Positions 47,901-57,778 are shown, counted from the stretch's first letter. The stretch: 64,000 bases of DNA from Antedon mediterranea (GCF_964355755.1 NC_092670.1:6686201-6750200); one strand, 5' to 3'. Translations and numbers: made by a program. Notes: generated from the letters alone by a model not told the origin.

Positions 47901-50900
47901 GGGTCCAGGGGCGACGCCCCCGGAAGCAACGCGTTATAGCGTAATTTGAGGCCGTTTTAATCAGATTTAGGGTAGCCAACTTTTTCCATTTTGTATGGTA
48001 TACAGATAAAATACTGTGCGATAAAACACATAGCACTAGATCCGATGCGATGACTGTGTAAATCCATCCTTTCAATTTTAAAAATGAAGTTCAATATTAT
48101 GCCTATCATAGAAAATATACACGAACGTAAAACTTCCCACGGGCCAAGATGTATATATCGTTATATTCGCAGAGGCGTTGGCAGGTTGCTGTCTGGTGGG
48201 GTGCGAACATTGTAAGTGCGCGAGACTAACACCCATGGGCTGATCTGAAAGAACATTTTGACAATTAAATAGAGCTGCTAGGTCTCCGGAAATTGCAATT
48301 ATACATTGATATATGAAAAGAAATTACAAGTCTACCAGAGAACTAGCCCACCGAGGTTGATATAGAGCTAAGAACATTTTAAACAAGTAGAGTTGTTAGG
48401 TTGGATTATACTATTTCGAAAAAAAAAGAAACAAAATATATACCTCTCCAGGACCAAGAGGTTGAGCTGCTAAAAAAATTGTGAAAAATAGAACTGCTAG
48501 GTACCTGGAAATTGCACTTTAAATTGCCCATATTGATAAATGAAACAAAATTATAAGTCTACAGGACCAGCCCGCCATGGATGATTGGGTGGAGCTAAGA
48601 AAGATTTGAAAAATAGAGTTGCTAGGTCCCGGAAATTTAACGTATTATACTTCGAAGCATAAACAAAAATATATACCGGTACGTCTCCAGAACCAGCCCT
48701 ACCATGGATATGGAAAAAAAAATGAAAAAAAGAGAACTCTATGTTCCCAGACAATGCACTAACTGTATATTGTACATCGAAATATGAAACGAAATGTATA
48801 AGTATCCATGACCAGCTCTATAACTGAGGACGATTGAGCTAAGACAATTTTGAAAACTAGAGCTGCAGGTCTTCAAAAACTACACTTATAACTTAAAAAA
48901 ATTCAGGCCTAAAGGCCTAAAAAAGTGACCCTTTTTACCTTTTATTTGGAGGGGAATGCGTCCGCAAGCGTAGACCATTTTCCTTCGGGGAAAATCAGTT
49001 CATTTCCCAGATGTGAATCTGGAATTTCGATGTATGATGAGCAGTTCATGATATACAGGACATTGGAAATGTAATAACTTAGCTATAATAAATAAATCAT
49101 TTTGTTTGACAAATCCAAAAGAAATTACTCACATTCTTTAGTTTTCGCCATCTTGGCTGATGGCTTGATCACAAGTGATCTGGTCCACTACTACCCCCCG
49201 ACGAGGGGGGCTACAGCCCCCCGTTGCCCCTCCCCCCCCGCTGGCGCCACCACTGCTGACAGGGGACGTAATCAATCATAATTGGTATACATTTCGCATC
49301 TTACCAAACTTATTTTTCAGTACAGGTTCAAATCTCACACATACTGTACACAAGACCGAATATAATAATTAGCCTATATTGTTCTCAATTCGTACCTTTT
49401 TTAAACTCTAATTTGCTATATTACCCTGGAAGCTATATTTTTGGCGTACCTAATTTATGGATCACCATGAAACATCACAAAATAAACATACATTACTCAT
49501 CAGTCATATGTAGCAGCAGCATAGGTGTCACCCGGGCTTCAATTTCCAGAGGCGTTGGTCATGTTTTCGAGGACCATTCGGGTACACCCACTAGAGAGTA
49601 CGCGAGCGAAGCGTGCGAACCCTCTAGTAATATGTTAATTATTGTATAATGCATTTTAACCATGATTTTCTTCAATCACTTGGTATGATTTTTACTATAG
49701 ATATCATTAATTATAATTATTATCTTCATGGTTTAGATTCAGAAAATCCGGATATTATAGATTGTCCAATTGGTATGATTGTTAACACAACAACTGGTGA
49801 GGCATTTGCAATCAATGTCACATGGATGGAACCGACAGCAACTGATAACTCTGGAGATACTTCTGTACCAGTAGCAGACTACAGTTCTGGTGATAATATG
49901 TTTGCAATTGGTGACACAAAAGTCCAGTACAATGTCTCAGATTCAGCTGGTAACTTTAATGATAGCTGCAATTTTGTAATCATTGTTGAAGGTAAGACTG
50001 TTTCCTATAAGAGGAAATTAAATTTGAGTTATAGTTTTTCACGCTGCTGATCTAGCCCGCTACGTCACAAGAGATGACATAATCCGATATAAAGCAAGCA
50101 GCAATTTTAGTTAACTGAGAGACTGACATTTTTGCGAAAATGGAAACTCCACTATAATTTATAGGTCCCAGCTGCTAGACACAAAAAACGTCTGGGAAAA
50201 GAGTCTAACGGTTGAATGACAAATCCCAAATCATTTATGGTATTTATGAGTCCCATGATATTATATAATACTGTAAATGAAAGTTTTTGTTTGTACCATG
50301 GAACTATAATTATAGTTCTATGTTTGTACTAAAGTGACAAAAATTGAGTCTGTATTTCATATCAAAGTTATTCACTTCTGTAACAAAACAATAATATTTA
50401 TTCACATATAAAAAGAGAAAAGAAACGTTTAATTATAACTAAAAAACCATTCTCTGAAAGACAATTTAAGTATTTTTTGCTTTAAATTACATTTTTTTCA
50501 GGTAAAATAACTATTATGTGACAATAAAATGACACATTCAAAAACAAATTTGAAATAAAAAATATTTTTCAGAGAGACAATATATCTTTAAAACTGTTAC
50601 GTTATAAGCGAGCAGTGTTTTTTGTACGAAATATTTCTTGTTTAATGTGGTTTTGTCAAATTCTAATTTTTTTATTCCTGTTATTTTTGTGTAGATAATG
50701 AAAGTCCAATAATTGACTGCCCGACAAATGTCACTTCAAAGAATTACATCGGAGAAGGGTTTGGACTAGTAAATGTCAGCACAGATATAGGACGTCCAAA
50801 TGCCACTGTCACCTGGAATCCTCCTGAGACAAGTGACAATAGTGGTGGGCTTGTTACTGTAATGTCGTCATCTTTTGAGTCTGGTGACATGATACCATAT

Positions 50901-53900
50901 GGTACTCACACAATCACTTTTACAGCAACTGATCCTTATGGCAATATTGACACCTGTGACTTTGGCCTCATTGTTGAAGGTAAAATATAAACCTCTTTGT
51001 AATTTTGATAATTTACAAAATACAGGAAATATAATTGTTTTAAACAACATTTTCATCAATAATTCTTCACCAATTTTAGTTAATTAATAGAGAAATGTTT
51101 GCATAAATGCATTATTACCTTGATCTTCTTTCCTGAGTATTATTACTATTATTTATTATAAGTTATAATTATTACCTCATGTTTTAGATCCAGAAGCTCC
51201 AGATATTATAGATTGTCCAATGGATATAATTGTTAACACAACAACTGGTGAGGCAATTGCCATCAATGTCACATGGATGGAACCGATAGCTACTGATAAC
51301 TCTGAAGAGACTCCTGTACCAGTAGCAGACTACACTTCTGGTGATAATATGTTTGCAATTGGCAACACAACAGTACAGTACAATGTCTCAGATTCAGCTG
51401 GTAACTTTAATGATAGCTGCAGTTTCGTTATCACTGTTAACGGTAAGACAACTGTACCTCGTTGGTGGAAAATAAAATTGAGCTACAGTAATGTGATTAT
51501 ATCAAATTTAATTTATTTATTTCCTGTTATTTATGTTGTGAATAGATAATGAAAGTCCAATGATTGACTGCCCAACAAATGTCACTTCTAACAATTACAT
51601 CGGAGAAGGGTATGGACTAGTAAATGTCAGCACAGATATAGGAAGTCCAAATGCCACTCTCACCTGGGATCCTCCTGTTACAAGGGACAATAGTGGTGGA
51701 CTTGTGACTGTAATGTCTTCATCTTTCGAGTCTGGTGACATGATACCATATGGTACTCACACAATCACTTTTACAGCAACTGATCCTTATGGCAATATTG
51801 ACACCTGTGACTTTGGCCTCAATGTTGAAGGTAAAATATAAACCCCTTTTTTAATTTTGATAATTTACAATATACAGGAATTATAATTTTTATAAACAAC
51901 ATTATGAACATACTATAAGATTTACCTTCAACACACAACACAAAAGAGAACATATTTTATATTGCAAAAGTAAGTCCAAGTAATTACTGATTGATGATGA
52001 ATTCCTTGGCCTTTATACAAAAATTACATCTTTACTGATGAACCCATTTTTTTCATTTTTACCAATAATTCTTCACCAATTTTGAAGCAAACTATAATTG
52101 TAATAAGATTATTACTTTGCATATAATGTAATGGCTTGTTTATAATCTGTTTTTATAGTAAGTTTGAGAAAATTAATATATACTGTATCAAAATGTTATT
52201 TTGCACCCAGGAATCGACTCTTAGGTGGAAGATAGGAAATGGTTTGTTCCATTCTACCATTAAAAAGGTGTAATATGATTATAGCATTAGTCATTCTTGT
52301 TTCTTTCGTTTGTATTATTAGATAATGAGGATCCAGTCTTGATTTGTCCACCAAATATTACAACTACTACAGTAGAGGGTTCAAATCAAGCAGTCAATGT
52401 CAGCTGGACTGATCCAATAGTAATTGACAATTCTGATGAAGATATAACACCAACGTCCAAGTACAATCCTGGAAAAAATGAATTTGATATTGGTAGAACT
52501 GATGTTATATATGATGCAATTGATAGTTCAAGCAATGCAGGAACATGTACCTTTATAGTAACTGTTACTGGTAAGCAGAGATGGAATTCTTTCCTCTGAC
52601 GTATTTAAATTAATTAATACAGAAATGTTTGCATAAATGCATTTTTACCTTGATCTTCTTTCCTGAGTATTATTACTATTATTTATTATAAGTTATAATT
52701 ATTACCTCATGTTTTAGATCCAGAAGCTCCAGATATTATAGATTGTCCAATGGATATAATTGTTAACACAACAACTGGTGAGGCAATTGCCATCAATGTC
52801 ACATGGATGGAACCGACAGCTACTGATAACTCTAAAGAGACTCCTGTACCAGTAGCAGACTACACTTCTGGTGATAATATGTTTGAAATTGGCAACACAA
52901 CAGTACAGTACAATGTCTCCGATTCAGCTGGTAACTTTAATGATAGCTGCAGTTTCGTTATCACTGTTGAAGGTAAGACAACTGTACCTCGTTGGTGGAA
53001 AATAAAATTGAGCTACAGTAATGAGATTATTTCAAATGTAATTTATTTAATTCCTGTTATTTATGTTGTGAATAGATAATGAAAGTCCAATGATTGACTG
53101 CCCAACAAATGTCACTTCTAACAATTACATCGGAGAAGGGTATGGACTAGTAAATGTCAGCACAGATATAGGAAGTCCAAATGCCACTCTCACCTGGGAT
53201 CCTCCTGTTACAAGGGACAATAGTGGTGGACTTGTGACTGTAATGTCTTCATCTTTCGAGTCTGGTGACATGATACCATATGGTACTCACACAATCACTT
53301 TTACAGCAACTGATCCTTATGGCAATATTGACACCTGTGACTTTGGCCTCAATGTTGAAGGTAAAATATAAACCTCTTTGTAATTTTGATAATTTACAAT
53401 ATACAGGAATTATAATTTTTATAAACAACATTATGAACATACTATAAGATTTACCTTCAACACACAACACAAAAGAGAACATATTTTATATTGCAAAAGT
53501 AAGTCCAAGTAATTACTGATTGATGATTAATTCCTTGGCCTTTATACAAAAATTACATCTTTACTGATGAACCCATGGTCATTTTCATCAATAATTCTTC
53601 ACCAATTTTGAAGCACACTATAATTGTAATAAGATTATTACTTTGCATATAATGTAATGGCTTGTTTATAATCTGTTTTTATAGTAAGTTTGAGAAAATT
53701 AATATATACTGTATCAAAATGTTATTTTGCACCCAGGAATCGACTCTTAGGTGGAAGATAGGAAATGGTTTGTTCCATTCTACCATTAAAAAGGTGTAAT
53801 ATGATTATAGCATTAGTCATTCTTGTTTCTTTCGTTTGTATTATTAGATAATGAGGATCCAGTCTTGATTTGTCCACCAAATATTACAACTACTACAGTA

Positions 53901-56900
53901 GAGGGTTCAAATCAAGCAGTCAATGTCATCTGGACTGATCCAATAGTAATTGACAATTCTGATGAAGATATAACACCAACGTCCAAGTACAATCCTGGAA
54001 AAAATGAATTTGATATTGGTAGAACTGATGTTATATATGATGCAATTGATAATTCAAGCAATGCAGGAACATGTACCTTTATAGTAACTGTTACTGGTAA
54101 GCAGAGATGGAATTCTTTCCTCTGACGTATTTAAATTAATTAATATAGAAATGTTTGCATAAATGCATTATTACCTTGATCTTCTTTCCTGAGTATTATT
54201 ACTATTATTTATTATAAGTTATAATTATTACCTCATGTTTTAGATCCAGAAGCTCCAGATATTATAGATTGTCCAATGGATATAATTGTTAACACAACAA
54301 CTGGTGAGGCAATTGCCATCAATGTCACATGGATGGAACCGACAGCTACTGATAACTCTAAAGCGACTCCTGTACCAGTAGCAGACTACACTTCTGGTGA
54401 TAATATGTTTGCAATTGGCAACACAACAGTACAGTACAATGTCTCCGATTCAGCTGGTAACTTTAATGATAGCTGCAGTTTCGTTATCACTGTTGAAGGT
54501 AAGACAAATGTACCTCGTTGGTGGAAAATAAAATTGAGCTACAGTAATGTGATTATTTCAAATGTAATTTATTTAATTCCTGTTATTTATGTTGTGAATA
54601 GATAATGAAAGTCCAATGATTGACTGCCCAACAAATGTCACTTCTAACAATTACATCAGAGAAGGGTATGGACTAGTAAATGTCAGCACAGATATAGGAA
54701 GTCCAAATGCCACTCTCACCTGGGATCCTCCTGTTACAAGGGACAATAGTGGTGGACTTGTGACTGTAATGTCTTCATCTTTCGAGTCTGGTGACATGAT
54801 ACCATATGGTACTCACACAATCACTTTTACAGCAACTGATCTTTATGGCAATATTGACACCTGTGACTTTGGCCTCAATGTTGAAGGTAAAATATAAACC
54901 TCTTTGTAATTTTGATAATTTACAATATACAGGAATTATAATTTTTATAAACAACATTATGAACATACTATAAGATTTACCTTCAACACACAACACAAAA
55001 GAGAATATATTTTATATTGCAAAAGTAAGTCCAAGTAATTACTGATTGATGATTAATTCCTTGGCTTTTATACAAAAATTACATCTTTACTGATGAACCC
55101 ATGGTCATTTTCATCAATAATTCTTCACCAATTTTGAAGCGCACTATAATTGTAATAAGATTATTACTTTGCATATAATGTAATGGCTTGTTTATAATCT
55201 GTTTTTATAGTAAGTTTGAGAAAATTAATAAAGTGTTATTTTGCACCCAGGAATCGACTCTTAGGTGGAAAGATAGGAAATGGTTTGTTCCATTCTACCA
55301 TTAAAAAGGTGTAATATGATTATAGCATTAGTCATTCTTGTTTCTTTCGTTTGTATTATTAGATAATGAGGATCCAGTCTTGATTTGTCCACCAAATATT
55401 ACAACTACTACAGTAGAGGGTTCAGATCAAGCAGTCAATGTCAACTGGGCTGATCCAATAGTAATTGACAATTCTGATGAAGATATAACACCAACGTCCA
55501 AGTATACTTCTGGAGATAATGAATTCGATATTGGTAGAACTGATGTTTTATATGATGCAGTTGATAGTTCAGGCAATGCAGGAACATGTACCTTTATAGT
55601 AACTGTTACTGGTAAGCATAGATGGCTTTCATTCTTTCCTCTGACATATTTAATTAATTAATATAGAAATATTTTAAGAAAATAGTCAAAGATGCTATTT
55701 ATAACAAACAGTTGCTATAACTTTCGTCTTGGACTATTCATTTATATAATATTACCAATCAGTTAAACAATTATGGCTAAATTCAGACACATGATTTTTT
55801 TAAGTTCGTCGTTAATATAATCCTTGAAGTACTAATTTTTGGCAGGCTTTCTGGCAACATGCCTTATACGTTATTAACATAACAATTAATATAAAATATC
55901 TTATGTTAAATGTTTCTGTTTAAACTACAATTTATAAATGTAATACTTATATTTACTCTAATATTTACACTGAATATTCAACTAAAATTTGCCTCATTTG
56001 ATTAAAAAGTCAACCATCCTATTTCCTTATAAATAATTTAATGATAAAATAGTTATAAGTTTCTTCATTTCATCTTTAGATGATGAAGCACCAGATATTG
56101 TAGATTGTCCAATGGATACGATTGTTAACACAACAACTGGTGAGGCATTTGCCATCAATGTTATATGGATGGAACCGACAGCTACTGATAACTCCGGAGA
56201 GACTCCTGTACCAATAGCAGACTACATTTCTGGTGATAATATGTTTGTAATTGGCATCACAACAGTCCAGTACAATGTCTCAGATTCAGCTGGTAACTTT
56301 AATGATAGCTGCAGTTTTGTAATCATTGTTGAAGGTAAGTGACTGTACATTCTAGAAGGAAATTAAAACTGAGGTACAGTTATGTGATTATTACTAGAAA
56401 TAGTATTATTTAAAAAAAAAATACAAAAAACATATTATTCCTAACAAACAAGTAGAGAAAATAAAAACTTATTCTATTGAAAATCATCGTTATTGTGTAA
56501 ATATAAAGATAATTGTTTCAAATAGTATTATGCCTTATGTATTTGCCTAAACTAAACTTTTTTCCAAATTAAATTAACTTTCACCCTGAATTTATTGAGT
56601 CAATCAATATATATATAGGCCTATTTGTTAGATTTTATTTAGCCTACTTTAGAAATTATTTCATTGTAAATTGTATTTGTCCAAAAAAACACCATCGCAT
56701 ATTTTCCAACTTAAATAATTCTAAAATGGGACAGTCGACATGGATGCTATGTCTTTGATGTCTGTAAAATAATAATAAAACATATTCTCTTTAGGATTAC
56801 TGTCGCAATATTGAGGCTTGGTTTAAAATAAATCAATATTTTTTTTGCAGATTTGGAGGATCCCAATATCACATGCCCAACAAATTTTTCAAACTATTAC

Positions 56901-57778
56901 TCCAGCATTTCTGCAGACATCTGGGTTGTACACACAGACAGTGGTGAAAGCTTTGCTACTGTTACCTGGGATCCACCTTCAGTCAGTGATAACAGTGAAA
57001 ACACTACTCTTTCTGAACCATCATACAGTTCTGGAAACATGTTTAACGTTGGAGTAAATTACACAATTGTTTACAATGTGTCAGATCCTAGTGGAAATGA
57101 TAATACTTGTTCAATTACAATTGTAGTAGAAGGTTAGTTTTGTTTAATTATTTTTTTTATTTTATTCTTTTTGTCAAACTGGCATGAGAAAATGTTATCA
57201 CAACCAGGTAAAGAATCATTGGTATGCTTTTATAGTTGTAATACAGTAGAGCCCCTCTCTTGGTACATCACTATTAAACAGTAAACTTTGATGTGAAACA
57301 AATCATGGGCAATACCTTATATGTTTGCCAACCATAATTCAGAAGACATCCCAAGAATAATAAATCCATATTAAGGGACAATTTATTATTACATTCATAT
57401 TGGGACAGTAATGAACGCATTGTTTTTGCATTGATTCTATTTTGATATTGATAACGATTGATTGATATTAATTGGTTATTGATTCCTTTTTGTAATTAGA
57501 TCATGAGGATCCAGATATCACATGCCCAATGCCGTTAACTGTCAGTACAGCAAACGGTGCAAACAGTGGCACTGCAACATGGGTAATAGATGCAACCGAT
57601 AACGTACAAGTAGCGAGTCTTGAAGAGGACTGCAATGCGATTGGTTCATTTACACCTGGTCTGAACACAACTACAAGTTACTCAGAAACTGTAGAAATAG
57701 GACAATTGACTGTAAACTTCACAGCAACAGATTTTTTTGGTAACCAAGCTAGTTGCAGTGTACTTATCACTGTCTTAG
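5189..57778 (+). CDS. Giant multi-exon secreted or cell-surface HYR-repeat protein (41 HYR-like domains, D8C/D10C-like domain, YWTD beta-propeller); 3' end not in the window
   Basis: 50 GT-AG exons traced in one frame; HYR signature DxExPxIxCP...VTWxxPxAxDNS...FPIGxTxVxYxxxDxxGNxxxCxFxVxV; signal peptide exon; no stop reached. Confidence 0.85.
7298..7372 (+). CDS. T/P/S-rich linker exon ([25 protein letters not shown])
   Basis: TAG acceptor, GTAATT donor, 75 nt, phase 1-1. Confidence 0.65.
7510..7764 (+). CDS. Divergent first HYR-like exon
   Basis: TTTCAG acceptor, ITFDNCP...[16 protein letters not shown] donor, 255 nt. Confidence 0.75.
8962..9216 (+). CDS. HYR exon type A (array 1, unit 1)
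   Basis: AG/GT bounded, 255 nt, phase 1-1. Confidence 0.9.
9540..9640 (+). pseudogene. Decayed relic of a B-type HYR exon inside an intron
   Basis: AACGAACGTACATTAATTGACTGCCCA and ACGGATCAGGGAAGTC resemble B exon pieces (IDCP, TDQGS); no intact frame or acceptor. Confidence 0.5.
9666..9950 (+). CDS. HYR exon type B (unit 1)
   Basis: AG/GT bounded, 285 nt. Confidence 0.9.
10268..10558 (+). CDS. HYR exon type C (unit 1)
   Basis: AG/GT bounded, 291 nt. Confidence 0.9.
11477..11731 (+). CDS. HYR exon A (unit 2)
   Basis: AG/GT bounded, 255 nt. Confidence 0.9.
11831..12115 (+). CDS. HYR exon B (unit 2)
   Basis: AG/GT bounded, 285 nt. Confidence 0.9.
12429..12719 (+). CDS. HYR exon C (unit 2)
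   Basis: AG/GT bounded, 291 nt. Confidence 0.9.
13639..13893 (+). CDS. HYR exon A (unit 3)
   Basis: AG/GT bounded, 255 nt. Confidence 0.9.
13993..14277 (+). CDS. HYR exon B (unit 3)
   Basis: AG/GT bounded, 285 nt. Confidence 0.9.
14590..14880 (+). CDS. HYR exon C (unit 3)
   Basis: AG/GT bounded, 291 nt. Confidence 0.9.
15803..16057 (+). CDS. HYR exon A (unit 4)
   Basis: AG/GT bounded, 255 nt. Confidence 0.9.
16157..16441 (+). CDS. HYR exon B (unit 4)
   Basis: AG/GT bounded, 285 nt. Confidence 0.9.
16615..16888 (-). mobile_element. 5'-truncated LINE 3' end (CR1/L2 group) unique to unit 4
   Basis: Absent from the other four B-C introns; minus strand reads [33 protein letters not shown], then AATAAA and an (AATTG)n tail. 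Confidence 0.7.
17041..17331 (+). CDS. HYR exon C (unit 4)
   Basis: AG/GT bounded, 291 nt. Confidence 0.9.
18252..18506 (+). CDS. HYR exon A (unit 5)
   Basis: AG/GT bounded, 255 nt. Confidence 0.9.
18606..18890 (+). CDS. HYR exon B (unit 5)
   Basis: AG/GT bounded, 285 nt. Confidence 0.9.
19180..19470 (+). CDS. HYR exon C (unit 5)
   Basis: AG/GT bounded, 291 nt. Confidence 0.9.
20104..20355 (+). CDS. HYR exon A' ([11 protein letters not shown]...)
   Basis: CAG/GT bounded, 252 nt. Confidence 0.9.
20467..20673 (+). CDS. UMOD/GP2/OIT3-like D8C (D10C) domain, exon 1
   Basis: PC...WQRS...GWYKL...MPT...[11 protein letters not shown] motif; 207 nt, phase 1-1. Confidence 0.8.
20838..21017 (+). 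CDS. D8C (D10C)-like domain, exon 2
   Basis: [60 protein letters not shown]; 180 nt; different frame from the ORF-track entry at 20800. Confidence 0.8.
21693..21752 (+). CDS. Small two-Cys linker exon ([20 protein letters not shown])
   Basis: TTTTCAG acceptor, GTAAGT donor, 60 nt, phase 1-1. Confidence 0.7.
22350..22601 (+). CDS. HYR exon A' (array 2)
   Basis: AG/GT bounded, 252 nt. Confidence 0.9.
22704..22988 (+). CDS. HYR exon B (array 2)
   Basis: AG/GT bounded, 285 nt; missing from the ORF track. Confidence 0.9.
23509..23757 (+). CDS. HYR exon type D ([12 protein letters not shown]...)
   Basis: AG/GT bounded, 249 nt. Confidence 0.9.
23905..24159 (+). CDS. HYR exon A
   Basis: AG/GT bounded, 255 nt. 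Confidence 0.9.
24262..24546 (+). CDS. HYR exon B
   Basis: AG/GT bounded, 285 nt. Confidence 0.9.
25037..25285 (+). CDS. HYR exon D
   Basis: AG/GT bounded, 249 nt. Confidence 0.9.
25433..25687 (+). CDS. HYR exon A
   Basis: AG/GT bounded, 255 nt. Confidence 0.9.
26569..26853 (+). CDS. HYR exon B-like (divergent)
   Basis: AG/GT bounded, 285 nt. Confidence 0.85.
27168..27413 (+). CDS. YWTD beta-propeller exon 1
   Basis: FMFVAN...RPVAIDYD...LYWSD; 246 nt, phase 1-1. Confidence 0.85.
28298..30203 (-). CDS. pogo-like DD35D transposase with CENP-B-type HTH and C-terminal PHD-like finger (exons 30203-30065 and 29979-28298; 606 aa)
   Basis: WNLDETG, LLLLDN and [11 protein letters not shown] with 35 residues between the last two Asp; [14 protein letters not shown]; CEIC...WVKC...C..WSHVEC...CSVC; GT-AG intron keeps the frame. 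Confidence 0.9.
28765..28870 (-). repeat. 18-bp coding minisatellite (AENEPV)n in the transposase linker
   Basis: [33 protein letters not shown]. Confidence 0.9.
30952..34941 (+). pseudogene. Spliced, frameshifted and truncated Academ-like transposase
   Basis: Exon pieces ~30952-31263, 33736-33905, 34035-34102, 34215-34411 and 34656-34941; motifs [28 protein letters not shown], then a frameshift before [16 protein letters not shown]. Confidence 0.65.
31344..33361. mobile_element. Non-autonomous TIR element (hAT-like) nested in the Academ intron
   Basis: TIR TAGGTATCCCAATGAAA at both ends; flanking direct repeat GTGCTAC (31337-31343 and 33362-33368); no ORF. Confidence 0.8.
35258..35545. repeat. 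~26-27 bp minisatellite (AACCATGAGAATATAA core) inside the Academ element
   Basis: About ten tandem copies seen directly. Confidence 0.85.
38346..40666. mobile_element. Non-autonomous TTAA-target DNA transposon (Kolobok-like), copy 1
   Basis: TIR AATGGATATGAAAGG, TTAA TSD on both sides; both arms match 59341-62257 in inverted orientation. Confidence 0.85.
40819..40981 (+). CDS. YWTD beta-propeller exon 2
   Basis: [17 protein letters not shown]...EPRAIKID; 163 nt, phase 1-2. Confidence 0.9.
41308..41444 (+). CDS. YWTD beta-propeller exon 3
   Basis: [20 protein letters not shown]...YPNGLVLS; 137 nt, phase 2-1; not in the ORF track. Confidence 0.85.
41744..41992 (+). CDS. YWTD beta-propeller exon 4
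   Basis: [19 protein letters not shown]...HPFAID...LYWSDW; 249 nt. Confidence 0.9.
42916..43191 (+). CDS. HYR exon B-like
   Basis: AG/GT bounded, 276 nt. Confidence 0.85.
43900..45010 (-). mobile_element. Degenerate Ty3/Gypsy gag-protease remnant
   Basis: Aspartic protease motif [20 protein letters not shown]; gag-like [15 protein letters not shown]...[11 protein letters not shown]; broken frames; boundaries approximate. Confidence 0.7.
45163..45411 (+). CDS. HYR exon D
   Basis: AG/GT bounded, 249 nt. Confidence 0.9.
45490..46324. mobile_element. MITE, ISL2EU/PIF-like
   Basis: TIR AGAGAGAAATGGC(A/G)AACCG plus internal inverted CCGAGTGGGTATA; AT dinucleotide on both flanks. Confidence 0.75.
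46784..47108 (-). mobile_element. tRNA-derived SINE with a Meta-like central domain
   Basis: A box TGGCCGAGCGG, B box GGTTCGAGGC, core GGATAAGGACTATAAACCGTAGGTCC...TTTAAAGAACC, (TTCAATCA)n tail. Confidence 0.8.
47783..49255. mobile_element. Non-autonomous hAT element
   Basis: 15-bp TIR CAGTGGTGGCGCCAG, perfect 8-bp TSD CTGACAGG, GC-rich subtermini, internal degenerate ~120-bp tandem repeats (~48270-48880). Confidence 0.9.
49737..49991 (+). CDS. HYR exon A
   Basis: AG/GT bounded, 255 nt. Confidence 0.9.
50034..50642. mobile_element. ~610-bp insertion in the A-B intron, possibly Helitron/Helentron-derived
   Basis: Paralogous introns are ~100 bp; the insert runs TTTTTCACGCTGCT...AGCAGTG...CTTGTT with no clear TSD. 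Confidence 0.5.
50695..50979 (+). CDS. HYR exon B
   Basis: AG/GT bounded, 285 nt. Confidence 0.9.
51188..51442 (+). CDS. HYR exon A
   Basis: AG/GT bounded, 255 nt. Confidence 0.9.
51546..51830 (+). CDS. HYR exon B
   Basis: AG/GT bounded, 285 nt. Confidence 0.9.
52322..52570 (+). CDS. HYR exon D
   Basis: AG/GT bounded, 249 nt. Confidence 0.9.
52718..52972 (+). CDS. HYR exon A
   Basis: AG/GT bounded, 255 nt. Confidence 0.9.
53076..53360 (+). CDS. HYR exon B
   Basis: AG/GT bounded, 285 nt. Confidence 0.9.
53848..54096 (+). CDS. HYR exon D
   Basis: AG/GT bounded, 249 nt. Confidence 0.9.
54244..54498 (+). CDS. HYR exon A
   Basis: AG/GT bounded, 255 nt. Confidence 0.9.
54602..54886 (+). CDS. 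HYR exon B
   Basis: AG/GT bounded, 285 nt. Confidence 0.9.
55363..55611 (+). CDS. HYR exon D
   Basis: AG/GT bounded, 249 nt. Confidence 0.9.
56080..56334 (+). CDS. HYR exon A
   Basis: AG/GT bounded, 255 nt. Confidence 0.9.
56851..57132 (+). CDS. Unique HYR exon ([10 protein letters not shown]...)
   Basis: TTTGCAG acceptor, GTTAGT donor, 282 nt. Confidence 0.85.
57500..57778 (+). CDS. Unique HYR-like exon ([10 protein letters not shown]...), last exon visible
   Basis: AG/GT bounded, 279 nt, phase-1 donor so the gene continues. Confidence 0.85.

Larger units (their letters stand above)
49737..56370 (+). repeat. Tandem array 3: A-B-D HYR cassette (period ~1.53 kb), paralogous to array 2
   Basis: A exons at 49737, 51188, 52718, 54244 and 56080; near-identical introns. 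Confidence 0.92.

Noticed and set aside
47737-48075. 112-aa minus-strand ORF
   Set aside because: Product of the GC-rich subterminal region of the hAT MITE, with no transposase motif
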